DNA of 64,000 bases from the human T2T-CHM13v2.0 reference genome, Homo sapiens: NCBI RefSeq assembly GCF_009914755.1, contig NC_060929.1, one strand, 5' to 3'. Position numbers and translations under genes: made by a program. Shown in pieces: positions 29,307 to 47,099 of this stretch; position 1 is the stretch's first letter, and every line of letters starts with the position of its first letter. Under the pieces are notes generated by a model. That model saw nothing but the letters and a program-made list of their open reading frames with translations, was not told the origin of the DNA and did not search any database.

Positions 29307-29481
29307 GTATTTATCTTTGGGGGAGGCTTCTATGTTTCATTTATGCTTGTGGGAATTTAAAAATGTTCAGATTTAACCACTCTGGTCCACTAGTAAAGTA
29401 ATAAAGACTATATTGAAAATACTTAGGGACTGAAATATCTTTGAATAAATAAGTCATTGTTATAAGGTGTTAAAGGTTGCC

Positions 29482-29802
<321 letters not shown>

Positions 29803-30671
29803 TTATTTCAAAAGCATGTAACTTTAAACTTGCTACTTATATGTTCATCTTTTTCTGAAATGTACTAACTCATACTTCCTATTGGTGTGAAAATGTTTGA
29901 TGTGGCTTAAACTCTGTGACTGAATAACACTGTTTTAAATACTTGTAATATCACATGAGCTACAGAGCTTCAGCCAGAAAATGTTAGCTATTTAATGAAA
30001 ATAAGAGAATTTAGCCTTTTCTTTTAATTAGGGTTTTTCTAGAACGTCATGTGGTGTTACACAAAGTAGAAATTGAGTTTGCCCTGTTATTGTGTAGTTT
30101 TTTCTAAAAATATATTGTCACTATCTGTTTTTTTGATGAACAGTATATGTTTGGTTGTTTATTTATTTACACATCTACGTTCTTGAAGAAATCATAAACA
30201 GCAAATACTCAATACTAAATTTATGTGCTAACTGTATTACTTACCAGTAACCTTCAAAAATGAAGTTATCCCTTTCCCTCATATTTATAGTCTTTAAAAA
30301 AAGGAATGGAAGTAATGCAGACGTGTGGGAAATACCATTGCTTTTCATTAATACAGAAAGCTGGCTGTGATTGTATTCTGGATTCTAAGTTGTAGTAGAC
30401 CTCAACCTCTACTTTCCCAGTTCTCCACACCAACCTAATCTGGTTTTGTCTCATGTGTTTTTATTTTCTTGCTATTAAAGCATGGGCTGCTAGGAGAATA
30501 CTTGTGCATGCATATTATTTATTTTTATGTTGGTAGCAGATTTCAGATTTTGATAAAGTAAGAAATGTATGAACTTTTGAGGTTTTTCTCATGTGTTTGA
30601 TAAAGCTACTTGCCCAGACTTTACTAACCAAACTAACCCACCTCCATTCTTTGGACTGTGATAACTTTCAG

Positions 30672-30758
30672 CATGACCAAGTCTCTAAAATAAGCTCAGA
30701 AAGAAGTGGAACTCCAAAAAAACGCAAAGCTCCACCACCTCCTATCAGTCCTACCCAG
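30672..30758 (+). CDS. RAI14: RAI14 coding exon, 87 nt, with [13 protein letters not shown]-like motif
   Basis: tttcag acceptor, CAG|gtaaaa donor; [29 protein letters not shown]. Confidence 0.95.
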
Positions 30759-31680
30759 GTAAAAACAAAAGCAAACCAACAATCAATAAACGCACCACAA
30801 GAAAGCCATAAATTTGTCATTTTGTTTAGGCCAAAAAGGAATGTTTTAGAACTGACCTTTAAGTGCATATTTAAAATTTTCCTTAGCAGTTTTAAATTAC
30901 AAATTGTGGTAAGAAGGATTGATGATTAGTATGGAAATAATGTTGATTCTTATCTATTTTTAAAAAAACAGTAGAATCGAATAGCCTCTTTTTGAAAAGT
31001 CTCAAGGAAATTTCTCAAAATCTTATCACAGAAACTTTCCCTTAAGATAAGTTCAATTTATTTTTAGTTCCTTATGTTAAAAGATCTAGTAAGGACTGGG
31101 AGAATGAGTAGCCATTGAGGCAATTAGTTGAAAATGAATTTCAGTTCGTTTCTTAAAACATTGCTGCAATACATTTGCCTTTTTAATTGCTTTTAAGGTT
31201 GGCTAATATTAAAAGTAGTTTTCATTTCTGAGCTTTATAGTGACGGTTGCATAGAGGAGGAAGCTCAGTAATCTATGTAATGGCAGGTAAAAACACATCG
31301 AAATTTGTTATTTAAAAATTCATAGGCCATAAAGAGAATAATCCATATTTAAATAGTAGAGAGGAATAGCTCATCTCATAAGTATTTTTTAAATGTATGT
31401 TAGCATACTTATTAATATTCTTAACCTGCAATAGAAGTTTTATAGATTTTTAAAAAAGTGATTCTAATATAGGAGCACAGTTATATTCTGTAAACTTTCA
31501 GAAAGTATTTGAAGTAGCTGAATTGCACTGAAAATATTCTACCCGTGAATTAATTGATGCCAAGGATACTTACTGTTAGATTTCATTGCATTGGTTAAAC
31601 AGGTTGATTCTTCGGCACTGGAGAAGAGGAGTTTGAAGATACATTCTTTATTAATGATTTTCATTTTGTTTCTTTTTTAG

Positions 31681-31767
31681 TTGAGTGATGTCTCTTCCCC
31701 AAGATCAATAACTTCGACTCCACTATCGGGAAAGGAATCGGTATTTTTTGCTGAACCACCCTTCAAG
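31681..31767 (+). CDS. RAI14: RAI14 coding exon, 87 nt ([29 protein letters not shown])
   Basis: T-rich acceptor ...tttttag, AAG|gtattt donor. Confidence 0.95.
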
Positions 31768-32062
31768 GTATTTCCTTTCTGTATTCAGTTTTGTTACTGT
31801 ATTTTAAGATACATGATAGACTTGCTTTAAGTTATATAACACTGGGAAAAACAGAATATACTTCTGAATCATTGGTTCACAACCTTTTCACCATGAAGTA
31901 CCCCTTGATTATTTTTTCTGGCATGGACCCCATAAAGCAAGAATGTGTACAGCTAGTTTGTATCCATAATAATTTAAAATTTTTAAAAAATCATTGAGTG
32001 AATAAATTAAATTTACAAACCAATAATTGATTTTCTTCATTTAAAAAAAAAAGAGACAAGAG

Positions 32063-32650
<588 letters not shown>

Positions 32651-32679
32651 TGTCTTGTGGTGGGGAGCAGGGACAAAGT

Positions 32680-33050
32680 TTACTTATATGGAATCTAAAA
32701 AAGTTGAACCCATAGAAGCAGAGAGTAGAATGATAATTGGGGGAGTGGTGGGAGGTATTGGGGAGATGTTGGCTAGACGGTACAACATTTCATCCAGATA
32801 AAAGGAATAAGTTCAAGAGATCCATGGTACAACATGGTGACTATAGTTAATAACAATGCATTGGATTCTGAAAATCACTCAGGGAGCAGATTTTAAGTGT
32901 TTTCATCACAAAAAATGATAAGTGTGTGAGATTAATTAGCTCCATGGCCTTTTCACATTATGTACGTATTTGCAGACATCATGATGTACATGGTAAATAC
33001 ATACAACTTTTATTTGTCAACTAAAAAATAAATTAATTTTTTCAAAAATA
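32680..33050 (+). mobile_element. L1MA 3' end
   Basis: GGAATCTAAAAAAGTTGAAC...GGTGACTATAGTTAATAACAATG...TTTATTTGTCAA. Confidence 0.8.
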
Positions 33051-34086
33051 AGGTGTGGAAGTTACCAGCTTCTACCTGTTATTCTCCTCATTCTTTCCTG
33101 AATGCAGAATATTGAGGAAATGCCAAAAATTATATTTCAGGAACTTCTCTATTTATAATGAAATATTCTAGATTGGATCCTGGGACAGAAAAAGGCCATT
33201 ATTCGAAAAACTGGCGCAATTTGAATAAAGTTGTAATTTAGATAGTAGTAATTTACCAATTGACAAATGTATAATGGCTACATCTGTTGTAAACATTAGA
33301 AGAAATAAGTGAAGGTTTCTATCTTGCAACTTTTTTATAAATCTTAAATTGCTCCAAATACAAAGTGCTAAAGTTTTTTTAAAAAGAGACAAAGATAAGA
33401 ACTTACTAGATAAGCAGTCTTCTTACCCAATTAAGTTTATATTAATTCCAATCAAAGAGACAGAAACTTGTGTTATTCTCTGTTGTCTTACTGAGAATTG
33501 TATAGTTAATTTTTTTCCTGACTATAAAAGTAATATGTATTTATTTTACAAATGTTAGAAAATCCATTAGGTTTTATCCACCTGGTTCTGTAGATTTGTG
33601 GTTGCAAAACATTTTAAGGAAGTGGGAGGATATTTCCATTTAATATCTGTTTAATATACTGATAAATTGTACTCAAGGGGGAAATAAAATTTATAATTGT
33701 TAACATGAAATTTCGATATTTTATATTTACTTACTTTCCCTTATTTAGAATTATTAAAGATGTTTTTTTTTAACTTGGATACACATTAATCTGAAACAGA
33801 TTCTATCAACCTATCATTTCCCTCACTTTAGACTTTACTAATAAACTCTTCAGATGAATTTCTATGTAAGACAAGGCAACTATACTCTTATAGTTAGTAC
33901 GATAATATCTTCTGATATGACTGTGCCTCAAAGAAGCAGTGCAATCCGAAGAATATCACAAATTATGATTTTTCAGAGGTAGAGTATAAGACTGTCATTT
34001 CTGAAAAAACAACAACAAAAAAAAACAAGATAAAAAGTGACATTTATTCCTACGTTAGCTTAGGGAGGAGACAAAAGTGATATCTA

Positions 34087-35080
<994 letters not shown>

Positions 35081-35894
35081 ATAAAAACAAGTAAATTTGT
35101 TATAAAAGTGAAAGGACTGCTTTTTGTAAAGATAAGCACTTAACTAAAAATAAGCTACTTTATTATTTAGCATTTGGGCTTTTACAAAGGTATCTCTGCT
35201 GAAAAATTCTCTTATCATTGACTGGCTCATTCGGATGCCACATTGTAATTTTTAGCAAGTCACTGTAATGTTTTGAAATGAGATTGTGGCTTTGAAGTTC
35301 CAAGAATTTTTATGGTATATTAACAGATATTCAGGGACAAAGCATTAGAGAAAATCTTTAGGGAATCTATTGCCAATCTGAGACCATATGATATTTATTA
35401 CCATTTCCCTTAGAAAAGTTAATAGTAACTTTAATAGCAGATAACTTATAAAATGATAAAGCTAAAAAATCTGCTTTAAAATATTTCAATCAATGTATAA
35501 TGCAGACATATAGAACTTCTCTTTGACTTCATTACGAAAGCACTATTTGCTGTCTCAGTTTTTAGTACATAACTCACTAAATTAGCAATTACATAAAATT
35601 ATTGTGATCTTAAATATATTTGCATTGTACTCACTAAATGAAACTTCTGAAAAATATTTAGAGAATATGCCCTCTGGAACTTCTAATGTTTTAGAAATTA
35701 AACTTAGTAGATAATTGTCACTTTTACTCATTTATAGCTTAAAATATCTTCTTTCTTCGAGATTTTCTAGCTGCTTTTCTAGTAGGATCATACCAGATCT
35801 GCTCTGCGTAAGCTCAAGGAGGAAAGTCTGCTTGATTCTTTTGTGTAATGTTACATTTAGAAATGTTCTTTAAGTCATTTTTGTGTTTCAATAG

Positions 35895-35949
35895 GCTGAG
35901 ATCAGTTCTATACGAGAAAACAAAGACAGACTAAGTGACAGTACTACAG
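35895..35949 (+). CDS. RAI14: RAI14 coding exon, 55 nt (AEISSIRENKDRLSDSTT)
   Basis: tttcaatag acceptor, G|gtaaga donor. Confidence 0.94.
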
Positions 35950-36859
35950 GTAAGACAAGGAAGCATCTGTTTTTTTTTTTCCTTCAACCAAACTATTTCA
36001 TGTCCATTTAAAGAGAGCAAAGGCCAAGCTGGGGTACTGTGTAAAAATGTCACAAGCCAGCATGTCCACACAGAGCTGCCAGTAATGCACAAGCTGAAGC
36101 GCTCTGTACTTCAGGGTGCCTTCTTCACCTGCATTTTAAAGAGTCTCTGAATTTGAATTTTGAAAAATACATCTTTATTTTCATTTGTCCCAAACTACAT
36201 GTTAGCAGTTCGTTCAATTATGAGTACAGGCAATAAGCCTCAGTGGTATTAGCAGACCAGTGATTTTGTCACCAAGAGAATTCCTATCACCTTACTGTTA
36301 TTGCAGATATCTTGAAATATTTACAATATTGCTACTAAAAATTATGGCAGTTATTAGACCTGCTGCCAGATCTTGTTATTGTTACCAAATAAGCTCTTAA
36401 GTTACTGTAGCCTATATATTTTATCTTACCCATTTAAAAATATCATGTTCAGATGAGGTCCATAGGCTTCTGCTGTCTGCTAAACGCGTTCTTTGCAGCT
36501 GAGCAGCACATTATTTCATGAAGGGAGAACCCACCATGCCACCTCCATGACTGTCCCCATCTAACTTTTCTACTTTGGATTTCAAGTAGACACACGCAAA
36601 GACAAGAATGTTCATGAAGTCATATGTAATCATATTGTCTTTATGATCATAGGGTTTAATTCATTGTGTCTCTTATAAAAGAGTGCCTCCTAAGAATTTA
36701 CCCTTTAAGAATGTAATATAGTACCTTCAGAATCCATTTAAAATGTAGAAGAGACAATTTCAAAGGTCCACTTTTGCTCCAGCATTCAGTGTCTTAATCT
36801 GTTGTGTATTTCATAGGTGTTTGGAGCCTTTAATTTGCAGAACTTAGAAATATTTTTTA

Positions 36860-37000
36860 TTTATGTATTTATTGATTTATTTTAGAGATGGGGTCTTACT
36901 GTATTGCCCAGACTGGTCTCAAACTCCTGAGCTCAAGCGATCCTCCCACCTTGGCCCCCCATAGTGCTGGGATTATAGGCATGAGCCACCACACCCGGCC
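36860..37000 (-). mobile_element. Alu monomer (FLAM-like)
   Basis: Single antisense left arm with (TTTA)n tail. Confidence 0.8.
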
Positions 37001-37394
37001 CTAGAAACATTAAACTTTCTAATTTCTGGCAGAGATCAATGTTAATATAACTAAACAAATGTTACATTGGGTACTTTAAAAACCATTCACTGTATCTTAG
37101 AAGTAATTTTTATTTCTTAGAATTGCATTTAGGCTCCCAGTTCCCTAGTTCATTCCACACTCACCAGACTTCATGTCAAGGAAACTCAGCTGTGATTTAG
37201 GCATCAGACTTATGATGAGAAGCAAGGATTTCTATAAAGAAAGGTCATTTTGCATCCTTCCAAGTTAAGATTAAAGTTTTCATCTTTGCATTAAATGGCT
37301 GTGAGAAAATAAAAAGCATAGCATTAAAAATTTAGATCAGTGCTTTTCAAAGTGTGGGTAAAGTATTTACTAGCTTATAATAATTAAGGAGTTT

Positions 37395-37745
<351 letters not shown>

Positions 37746-38829
37746 TCACACAGTTACTTCACTAAGCACATTGTTTTGTTCAGCTGACATATCTTTTGTA
37801 GGACTTTCTAGATGAAGGAAGCAGTACATTGCATTGCATTCTGGAGGAAGTTTGCTATCTCTGTGAGCACCTTGAATAGCACTCCTTAAGTTGCAATTTC
37901 AGCATGATAATCAGTAGGATGTCCGAAAGTTGTGGTTTACCAACAGGGATTACTGTGGGATTCAGAGAAGAGAAGATAGTTTCATGCTAGGGTGGTCTTT
38001 GAATGCTTTAAGGACTGGGCAAAGTTTGACATGATGCTTAAGAATTCTCTAGGCAGAGAGATTCTGCAGGGCAATCCTGTGGATAAAGAATGAAAGAATC
38101 AGCCGTGTGTTGAGAATGTAGAGGGTGTGATGGGAACCATGAATCTGAGGAAAATAGGAATCTAGAAAAGTAGCAGTGTCATGAACCTGAAGAAGTAGAC
38201 TGGAGCCAAATCATAGAGGCCTGAACCCAGATAAAGGAATTTGGAGATTATTTTTGGAGGGAAAACAATTAAAGCACTTGACCCAGAGGAATGACCCAAT
38301 CAAAGTATGTTTTAGGAAGACTGGTCTGACGTTGCTGTGCAGGCTACAGTTTCACTGGGAAGAAGAGAGAGGCAGAGATTTGTTGGGAAGCTGTTTGCAG
38401 AGTTTCCAAGTAAGGTGATAAAGTCTTAACTACAGTAATGGTGGTAGGGGGAAAGAAATAAACCAGATTCCAGAGACATTTCTAAAATGATTCACATAAC
38501 TGAGACTTACAAGGCACAGGGAAGAACCAAAAACAACCAAGATATGACACTTAAGCAAATGAATAGGAAATATATGACCAAATTCATCAATTTTCAGATT
38601 GCCTTGTGTACACATGTATCTAGTATTGTGCTAGCAATACCACAGTAAGGAAACCCCAGTTTCCTTTCTATATAAAATGAAAATTTTAGTTCACCCATCC
38701 AGCTGCTAGGGCGTTTTATAATTAGGGCCAGGAAGAAGAACTGGATTAGGCTAGGAAGTGAATTTGTCTCAGGTTAGAGAAATAAGAGTTTAATTGTTTT
38801 ATATTTTAAATGGCTTTCTCTTTCCCAAG

Positions 38830-38948
38830 GTGCTGATAGCTTATTGGATATAAGTTCTGAAGCTGACCAACAAGATCTTCTCTCTCTATTGCAAGCAAAA
38901 GTTGCTTCCCTTACCTTACACAATAAGGAGTTACAAGATAAATTACAG
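38830..38948 (+). CDS. RAI14: RAI14 coding exon, 119 nt ([40 protein letters not shown])
   Basis: ctttctctttcccaag acceptor, CAG|gtatat donor. Confidence 0.95.
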
Positions 38949-39129
38949 GTATATAAATAGATTGCTATCATGGACTATTCTGTAGAGTCAAGCTCTTGGT
39001 CTTTTCAGTAGTCAGATGTATTTTGTTTTAAATGTGTACATTAGTTTCTTTTTAAATATTAGCTTTAAGCATCTTATAGTTTCAGATTATTTGTTTCATG
39101 AGAGTGTTATTCATTAACTCTTTCTGTAA

Positions 39130-39375
39130 ATTATTCAACTGGTAAATTATAAATAATTATACACATAGTATGATCAGTATTAAATATTCTATATGTTTAA
39201 TAAATTATATAAATAAAACAAAATTTATAGAAAAAATTCTATATAAAATATACTATATGCATAGAATGATGCATAATATATAATTTTATATTTTGATTTT
39301 ATATATATTAAAATTTTACGTTTTAAATTATATATGTATGTGTGTATGTATATATATATATATATATATAAAATA
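39130..39375. repeat. AT-rich low complexity and (TA)n
   Basis: Direct reading. Confidence 0.8.
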
Positions 39376-39571
39376 TTATCCATTTAGTAAAGTTGATCAT
39401 TTAACAGGTTTAAGTACTTGATAAGAAATGGCTGTACCAAAAAATAAGAAGAAGAAATAGCTGTACTATATATCCATTACCCCTCTTGGCAAGTAGAATG
39501 ATATAAGAAATAAAGGAAATTTTTGAATTGGAGGCTTTGTAGAGAAAACAATTTTAGTGTTTTCAAAGTGA

Positions 39572-40026
<455 letters not shown>

Positions 40027-40049
40027 TAATTCTTGCTTTTTTTTCCTAG

Positions 40050-41585
40050 GCCAAATCACCCAAGGAGGCGGAAGCAGACCTAAGCTTTGACTCATACCAT
40101 TCCACCCAAACTGACTTGGGCCCATCCCTGGGAAAACCTGGTGAAACCTCTCCCCCAGACTCCAAATCATCTCCATCTGTCTTAATACATTCTTTAGGTA
40201 AATCCACTACTGACAATGATGTCAGAATTCAGCAACTGCAAGAGATTTTGCAAGATCTACAGAAGAGATTAGAGAGCTCTGAAGCAGAGAGAAAACAGCT
40301 ACAGGTCGAACTCCAATCCCGAAGGGCAGAACTGGTATGCTTAAACAACACTGAGATTTCAGAGAACAGCTCTGACCTCAGCCAGAAACTTAAAGAAACT
40401 CAGAGCAAATACGAGGAGGCTATGAAAGAAGTCCTTAGTGTGCAGAAGCAGATGAAACTCGGTCTTGTCTCACCTGAAAGCATGGATAATTATTCACATT
40501 TCCACGAGCTGAGGGTCACGGAAGAGGAAATAAATGTGCTAAAGCAGGATCTGCAGAATGCATTAGAAGAAAGTGAAAGAAATAAAGAGAAAGTGAGAGA
40601 GTTAGAGGAAAAACTGGTAGAGAGGGAGAAAGGTACAGTGATTAAGCCACCTGTGGAAGAGTACGAGGAAATGAAAAGTTCATATTGCTCTGTTATTGAG
40701 AATATGAATAAGGAGAAAGCATTTTTGTTTGAGAAATACCAAGAAGCCCAAGAAGAAATCATGAAATTAAAAGACACACTAAAAAGTCAGATGACACAGG
40801 AAGCCAGTGATGAAGCTGAGGACATGAAAGAAGCCATGAATAGGATGATAGATGAACTCAATAAACAGGTGAGCGAGCTGTCACAGCTGTACAAAGAAGC
40901 CCAGGCTGAGCTGGAGGATTACAGGAAGAGGAAATCTCTAGAGGATGTCACAGCTGAATATATCCATAAAGCAGAGCATGAGAAACTGATGCAATTGACA
41001 AACGTGTCCAGGGCTAAAGCAGAAGATGCACTGTCTGAAATGAAGTCTCAGTATTCAAAAGTGTTGAATGAGTTGACCCAGCTCAAACAACTGGTGGATG
41101 CACAAAAAGAGAACTCTGTCTCTATCACAGAACATTTGCAAGTGATAACCACGCTGCGGACTGCAGCAAAAGAGATGGAAGAAAAAATAAGCAATCTTAA
41201 GGAACACCTTGCAAGCAAGGAAGTGGAAGTAGCAAAGCTGGAGAAACAACTCTTAGAAGAGAAAGCTGCTATGACTGATGCAATGGTACCTCGGTCTTCC
41301 TATGAAAAACTCCAGTCATCCTTAGAGAGTGAAGTGAGTGTGTTGGCATCGAAATTAAAGGAATCTGTGAAAGAGAAAGAGAAGGTCCATTCAGAGGTTG
41401 TCCAGATTAGAAGTGAGGTCTCACAGGTGAAAAGAGAAAAGGAAAATATTCAGACTCTCTTGAAATCCAAAGAGCAAGAAGTAAATGAACTTCTGCAAAA
41501 ATTCCAGCAAGCTCAGGAAGAACTTGCAGAAATGAAAAGATACGCTGAGAGCTCTTCAAAACTGGAGGAAGATAAAGATAAAAAG
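40050..41585 (+). CDS. RAI14: RAI14 giant coiled-coil exon, 1536 nt (512 codons)
   Basis: ttttcctag|GCC acceptor, AAG|gttggt donor; contains the 500-aa E/K/Q-rich heptad ORF. Confidence 0.98.
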
Positions 41586-41694
41586 GTTGGTGAAACTGTA
41601 TTGCTGTTGGGTTTCTAGCAATAAGTCTTAGTCTCTTTGGCTTTTACTATATTAAATATTTCTAGTGTTGGCACTAAACTGGAGTGAATGCTCA

Positions 41695-42380
<686 letters not shown>

Positions 42381-43423
42381 ATAAGCAAACATCAATCTTC
42401 GGCCACTTCTCCTTATACTAAAGCATTTTCATATATCTGTCCTTTAAAAATCATTTTACAGAAGCTTTGCCAGTATTGGGGATCAGAAGTGAACCTGCAA
42501 ACTGGAAAGTATTTGTGATCCACCTCAAACTTCAGGTTCTTTTTTTGGATTCAGAACAGATTCCTCCATAATATGAAACTAAAATACTCCTAGACTTAAT
42601 CCTGTTTCCCTAAGGTCCATGAGCTTCCCCTCAAGTCACTGTAAAAGCTACCCTCGCCGGTCCCTCCTTTGACAGGTATATAGGAGAGGAAGGGGGAGGA
42701 ATGTGGGGAGCCGGCAATTTGAGATGGCGCTGGACACAAGAGATGGTGCTGGCCGTGCTGCTGGAGGAAGGAGGGAAGCAAAGGGGAAGTTCAGGGGGAT
42801 GGTTCCACGCCTCAATCGGCTCTGCATCTCTAGTCCCCTGTCTCGGAGGTTCCGAATAGCATTCATGAGAGACTACTTGTCTTTATTCTTTTGTAATGAG
42901 TGTTTCAAAAGAGCTTTATCATCCAGGGGAACAGGGATTAGGGAGTGGTGGGGTACGGTGAGGAGTTAGTTGTGTTTACTTTAAAGAAAGACGTCCAGAG
43001 ATATCAGGCTTCCTAGACCTTATTCCTGATCACCCATGTCAGCAGTATTGGACAAAATATAGCTGTCTCCAAATAAAAGCGGAAATCCTAATTCTGATTT
43101 TTTTTTTCAATCATACCCATTTTAAGAGTAAAAGTAGGAAACCAACATCACAGCTTTTGTTACCGCCATCACCAAAACATAATATGTAATTCAAGGGCCT
43201 TTATCTGAACCTAATGGATGTAGCGGGCTTTGTTAGTTTGCCTGATTTTGTCATCCATTTCATTTTATGAGTTTTTTAATTTAAATGTATTAAAAAGGAA
43301 TTGTTCCAAAGTCTTAAGTCCCAGAGGCCAAAAGAGATGACTATGTTTGAGGCTTACAAATATATGAAATTTTGCTTTGTAGACATGTTACTGTCTGCTA
43401 ATACCATTTTCCTTTGCCCCTAG

Positions 43424-43573
43424 ATAAATGAGATGTCGAAGGAAGTCACCAAATTGAAGGAGGCCTTGAACAGCCTCTCCCAGCTCTCCTACTCAACAAG
43501 CTCATCCAAAAGGCAGAGTCAGCAGCTGGAGGCGCTGCAGCAGCAAGTCAAACAGCTCCAGAACCAGCTGGCG
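43424..43573 (+). CDS. RAI14: RAI14 coding exon, 150 nt (INEMSKEV...LQNQLA)
   Basis: cctttgcccctag acceptor, GCG|gtgagt donor. Confidence 0.96.
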
Positions 43574-44017
43574 GTGAGTGGGCTTGTTTCTGCTGCCTGG
43601 TTTGGGGTGGAGGGCCTGGCAGATTTCCTACCATCTCAGCTGCTAGGGCAAGTGGGCGTGAACAAAAAGATTCCCAGCCCAAAGGAATGTACTTCAATGA
43701 GCAGTTGACTGATTTCTTCAGTGAGGGCAAAAGAGGGAGCCACTGGTGGAATTCCTGGTCGTTATCAGCAATGCAACGGGTCAGATATTCACTGGGAAGG
43801 AAAGAACCGACAGGACAGTAGGAGGAGGCTATGTGCTCACTCATACCCTAACTTTTTACCCCTTCTCCTTTTTCTGCAACAGTCTTTCCCCATCTCTGGC
43901 AGTGGCAAGAGCTTTTTCTTGTTAGGGGCCAGGATCTCTAGTAGTTGCATCTCTATATATCTGAAGCTGCTTCTTGGCCCCTCTCCTTATTTCACCCAGG
44001 AAAGCCCTTGCTTATCT

Positions 44018-44508
44018 AAATTTGTTTCCTGGGTCCATTGTAACAAATCACCACAAATTTGGTTTAAAACAACATGAGTGTATTATTTTACAGTTGCATT
44101 GAACTGAATTCCAAAATCACTTTCACTGGACTAACTTCAAGTTGTTGGCAGGGCTGGTTCCTCCTCGAGACCATAGGAGAAAATCAATTTCCTTGCCTTT
44201 TCCAGTACCAGAGGCTGCCTGCATTCTGTGGCTCATGGCCCCTTACTCCATCTTCGAGGCACATCACTCCAGCATCTGCTCAGTCTTCCCATCTCCTCCT
44301 TCAGCCTTTGATTTTCTTGCCTCCCTCTTATAAGGGCTCTTGTGATTACATCTAAAGCCCACCTAGATAATCCACGATAATCTCCCTCTCCATCTCAAAC
44401 CCTTAATTTCATCTGCAAGATGCCTTTTGCCATATAAAGTTTAACATTCACAGGTTCTGGGGATTAGGATGTGGACATCTTTCAAGAGCCATTATTTAGC
44501 TTACCACA
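44018..44508 (-). mobile_element. MLT1 (MaLR) LTR
   Basis: GTAACAAATCACCACAAA...CACAGGTTCTGGGGATTAGGATGTGGACATCTT...TACCACA. Confidence 0.8.
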
Positions 44509-46182
44509 ATATCTGTTAAGGTTTGAGTTGGCATGGGTACATTCCGTTTTCTACCTAAAGTCCAGGGTTAGTCTGTCCTGGACTGTCTCTAGCTTCCATA
44601 TACAAACAGAACATGGATTTGATGATTTCTTCGGAATAGACCTAACTGTAGTGAATTCAGGTTTCTGCAGTCCTTACTCTGGCTGGCCACAAAGTTCAAT
44701 GCTAGCTTTGGAGGAAACAGCTCTAGAAATGGTGGATACTTAGGAGAAGCTGCTCTTTACTGTGTTCTGCAGGTCATTCTTCTCCTGATAAAATGGTATT
44801 ACAGACTTGTAGATAAAGTGCTATTGGTTTATACAGTAATTCTTATAATTACGCAACATGTGTTTGTTGAGCTCTTACATCAGTATTATACATGGGGCTG
44901 ATGATATAAAATGAGTAAGACTCAGTCCCTGCCCTCAAGGAGTTTATACTCTATATAAGTTATCAGCAAAGAGATGCCCAGCATACCGTGGGCATACAAA
45001 GGAAATGTGTCTACCCAATCTTGCTGAGTCATGAAAAGGTTCCTACGGGAGTTACACTTGTGCTGAGTCTTGAAGGCCTGAGTAAGAATATGTTGTTACT
45101 TAGCAAGGACTGACATATGGCACTAGCTGGCTTTTGGGAACCTTGGTGAGAACCATTCCAGTGGAGTGGGGAGGAGGGTAGAATCTGGACCGCAGTAGAC
45201 TGGCTGCTAGAGAAGTAAGTAAGTAGATAGGTATCTGGTGGGGCTAACCAGTCGCAGTAGGGGTTGGGGGAAGCCTGAAGCAAGCTTGCTGGAAAGATGG
45301 GAAGTGGTGGTTAGGGTGTGGGATGCTTTCAGTTGAGATTTCAGAGGTGGTAATGATAGAGGCAGGGCTACAACCATGACAGGAGTTGCTGAACTGAAGA
45401 GGAGCATGTTATTAAAGCTGAAGTTGAGGAACTGAGAGGTCCAGGTGTTAGATGGATCATTCACACAGATATCAAAGCCAAGCGAATGATGACAGAGGCA
45501 GTGATAGAAAGGAAGACAGATCAGAAGATAAAATCATAAATAATTGAGTAGAGGTTGCTGAAAGGTGGGGAGGGAACAACACAGAGAAATGCCAAATGTG
45601 CCTTCTTATGATGTGAACTTAAAGGACGGGTTTTAAAATGTCCCTTAATAACAGGAAAGATACCTCATACTCTGACACTGATGGGGGGAAGGAAGAATGG
45701 GTATTATGGACTTTTGTACATTTTTGAAGTAATCCATATATGATGGTCTCAATTTTCATGATGAATTAGGAGGACAGGTTCTTAGAACAAGAGTTTCAGA
45801 GATAAGACCCTTGAAACAGCCACTGAGAGGAACTGCAGTAATAGCTCAACAAGGAGAAATAGAAGCATCAGCGGCTGTATTGAGGAACCACTGGAGATTG
45901 GGGCCACCACCCTCTTTGCCTTCTTAGTACACTGATAGCTAAATAATTGAGCTCCCCAAGGATTATACAATGCTGGCCATATAGTGGGTAATCAATAATT
46001 CCCTTAAAAATAATAGGCTTTAAAAATTAAATTAGTACATATTTGGTCATTGTAGAAAAGTTGAAAAATAAAGAAAACTCTAACAAGTTCCTATAAATAA
46101 AAATTTTCCATAATTCAATAACTCTGAGATAATCACTTTTTACATTTGATATATTTCCTTGCAGTATTTACATTTAATGTAG

Positions 46183-46552
<370 letters not shown>

Positions 46553-46831
46553 GCATATATTTTTAAAACCAAATGTGGGGTGATAATAACTCCTTTTTAT
46601 ACAGTTTTTTCTAGAGTTGACATACCAAGACTTTTTTCCCTAAGATGATTGACAAGTATTCAGAAATACACAAGCCAGTAAGGCCACAACAATTTTAGAA
46701 GCTTCCAGTGCTAGCATAAAGTGGAGGGGACCACTTGGGTAGCATTTGGCTGCAGCTTTCTCATAGTTTTTTGTTTTTGTTCTTTAAAGATCTCTTAAGC
46801 TCATTAATAATGTGAAATATTCCCTTTCTAG

Positions 46832-46897
46832 GAATGCAAGAAACAACACCAGGAGGTCATATCAGTTTACAGAATGCATCTTCTGTATGCTGTGCAG
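46832..46897 (+). CDS. RAI14: RAI14 coding exon, 66 nt ([22 protein letters not shown])
   Basis: tccctttctag acceptor, CAG|gtatgg donor. Confidence 0.96.
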
Positions 46898-47099
46898 GTA
46901 TGGTTATGCCCCTTGAAGTATCTGGACATCCTAAAGAAATACGGCAGCAGATGTTGACAGAACTCCCATCATTTAACTAGGAGAATGAACAAGAATTAGA
47001 GGAGAATCCTTTTCACTGGAAAGCCTGAATATGCCTTTTGCATTGCTTTGGATTCTGTGTCAGGAGCCTTGTGCCCTGTTTACCAGGAACAGCCCCATC

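Noticed and set aside
40490-41249. S/F/L-rich minus-strand ORFs
   Set aside because: Antisense shadow of E/K-rich coiled-coil codons
40116-41618. 500-aa ORF as a stand-alone gene
   Set aside because: It is the internal RAI14 exon 40050-41585; the TTG start and last 10 aa come from ignoring splicing
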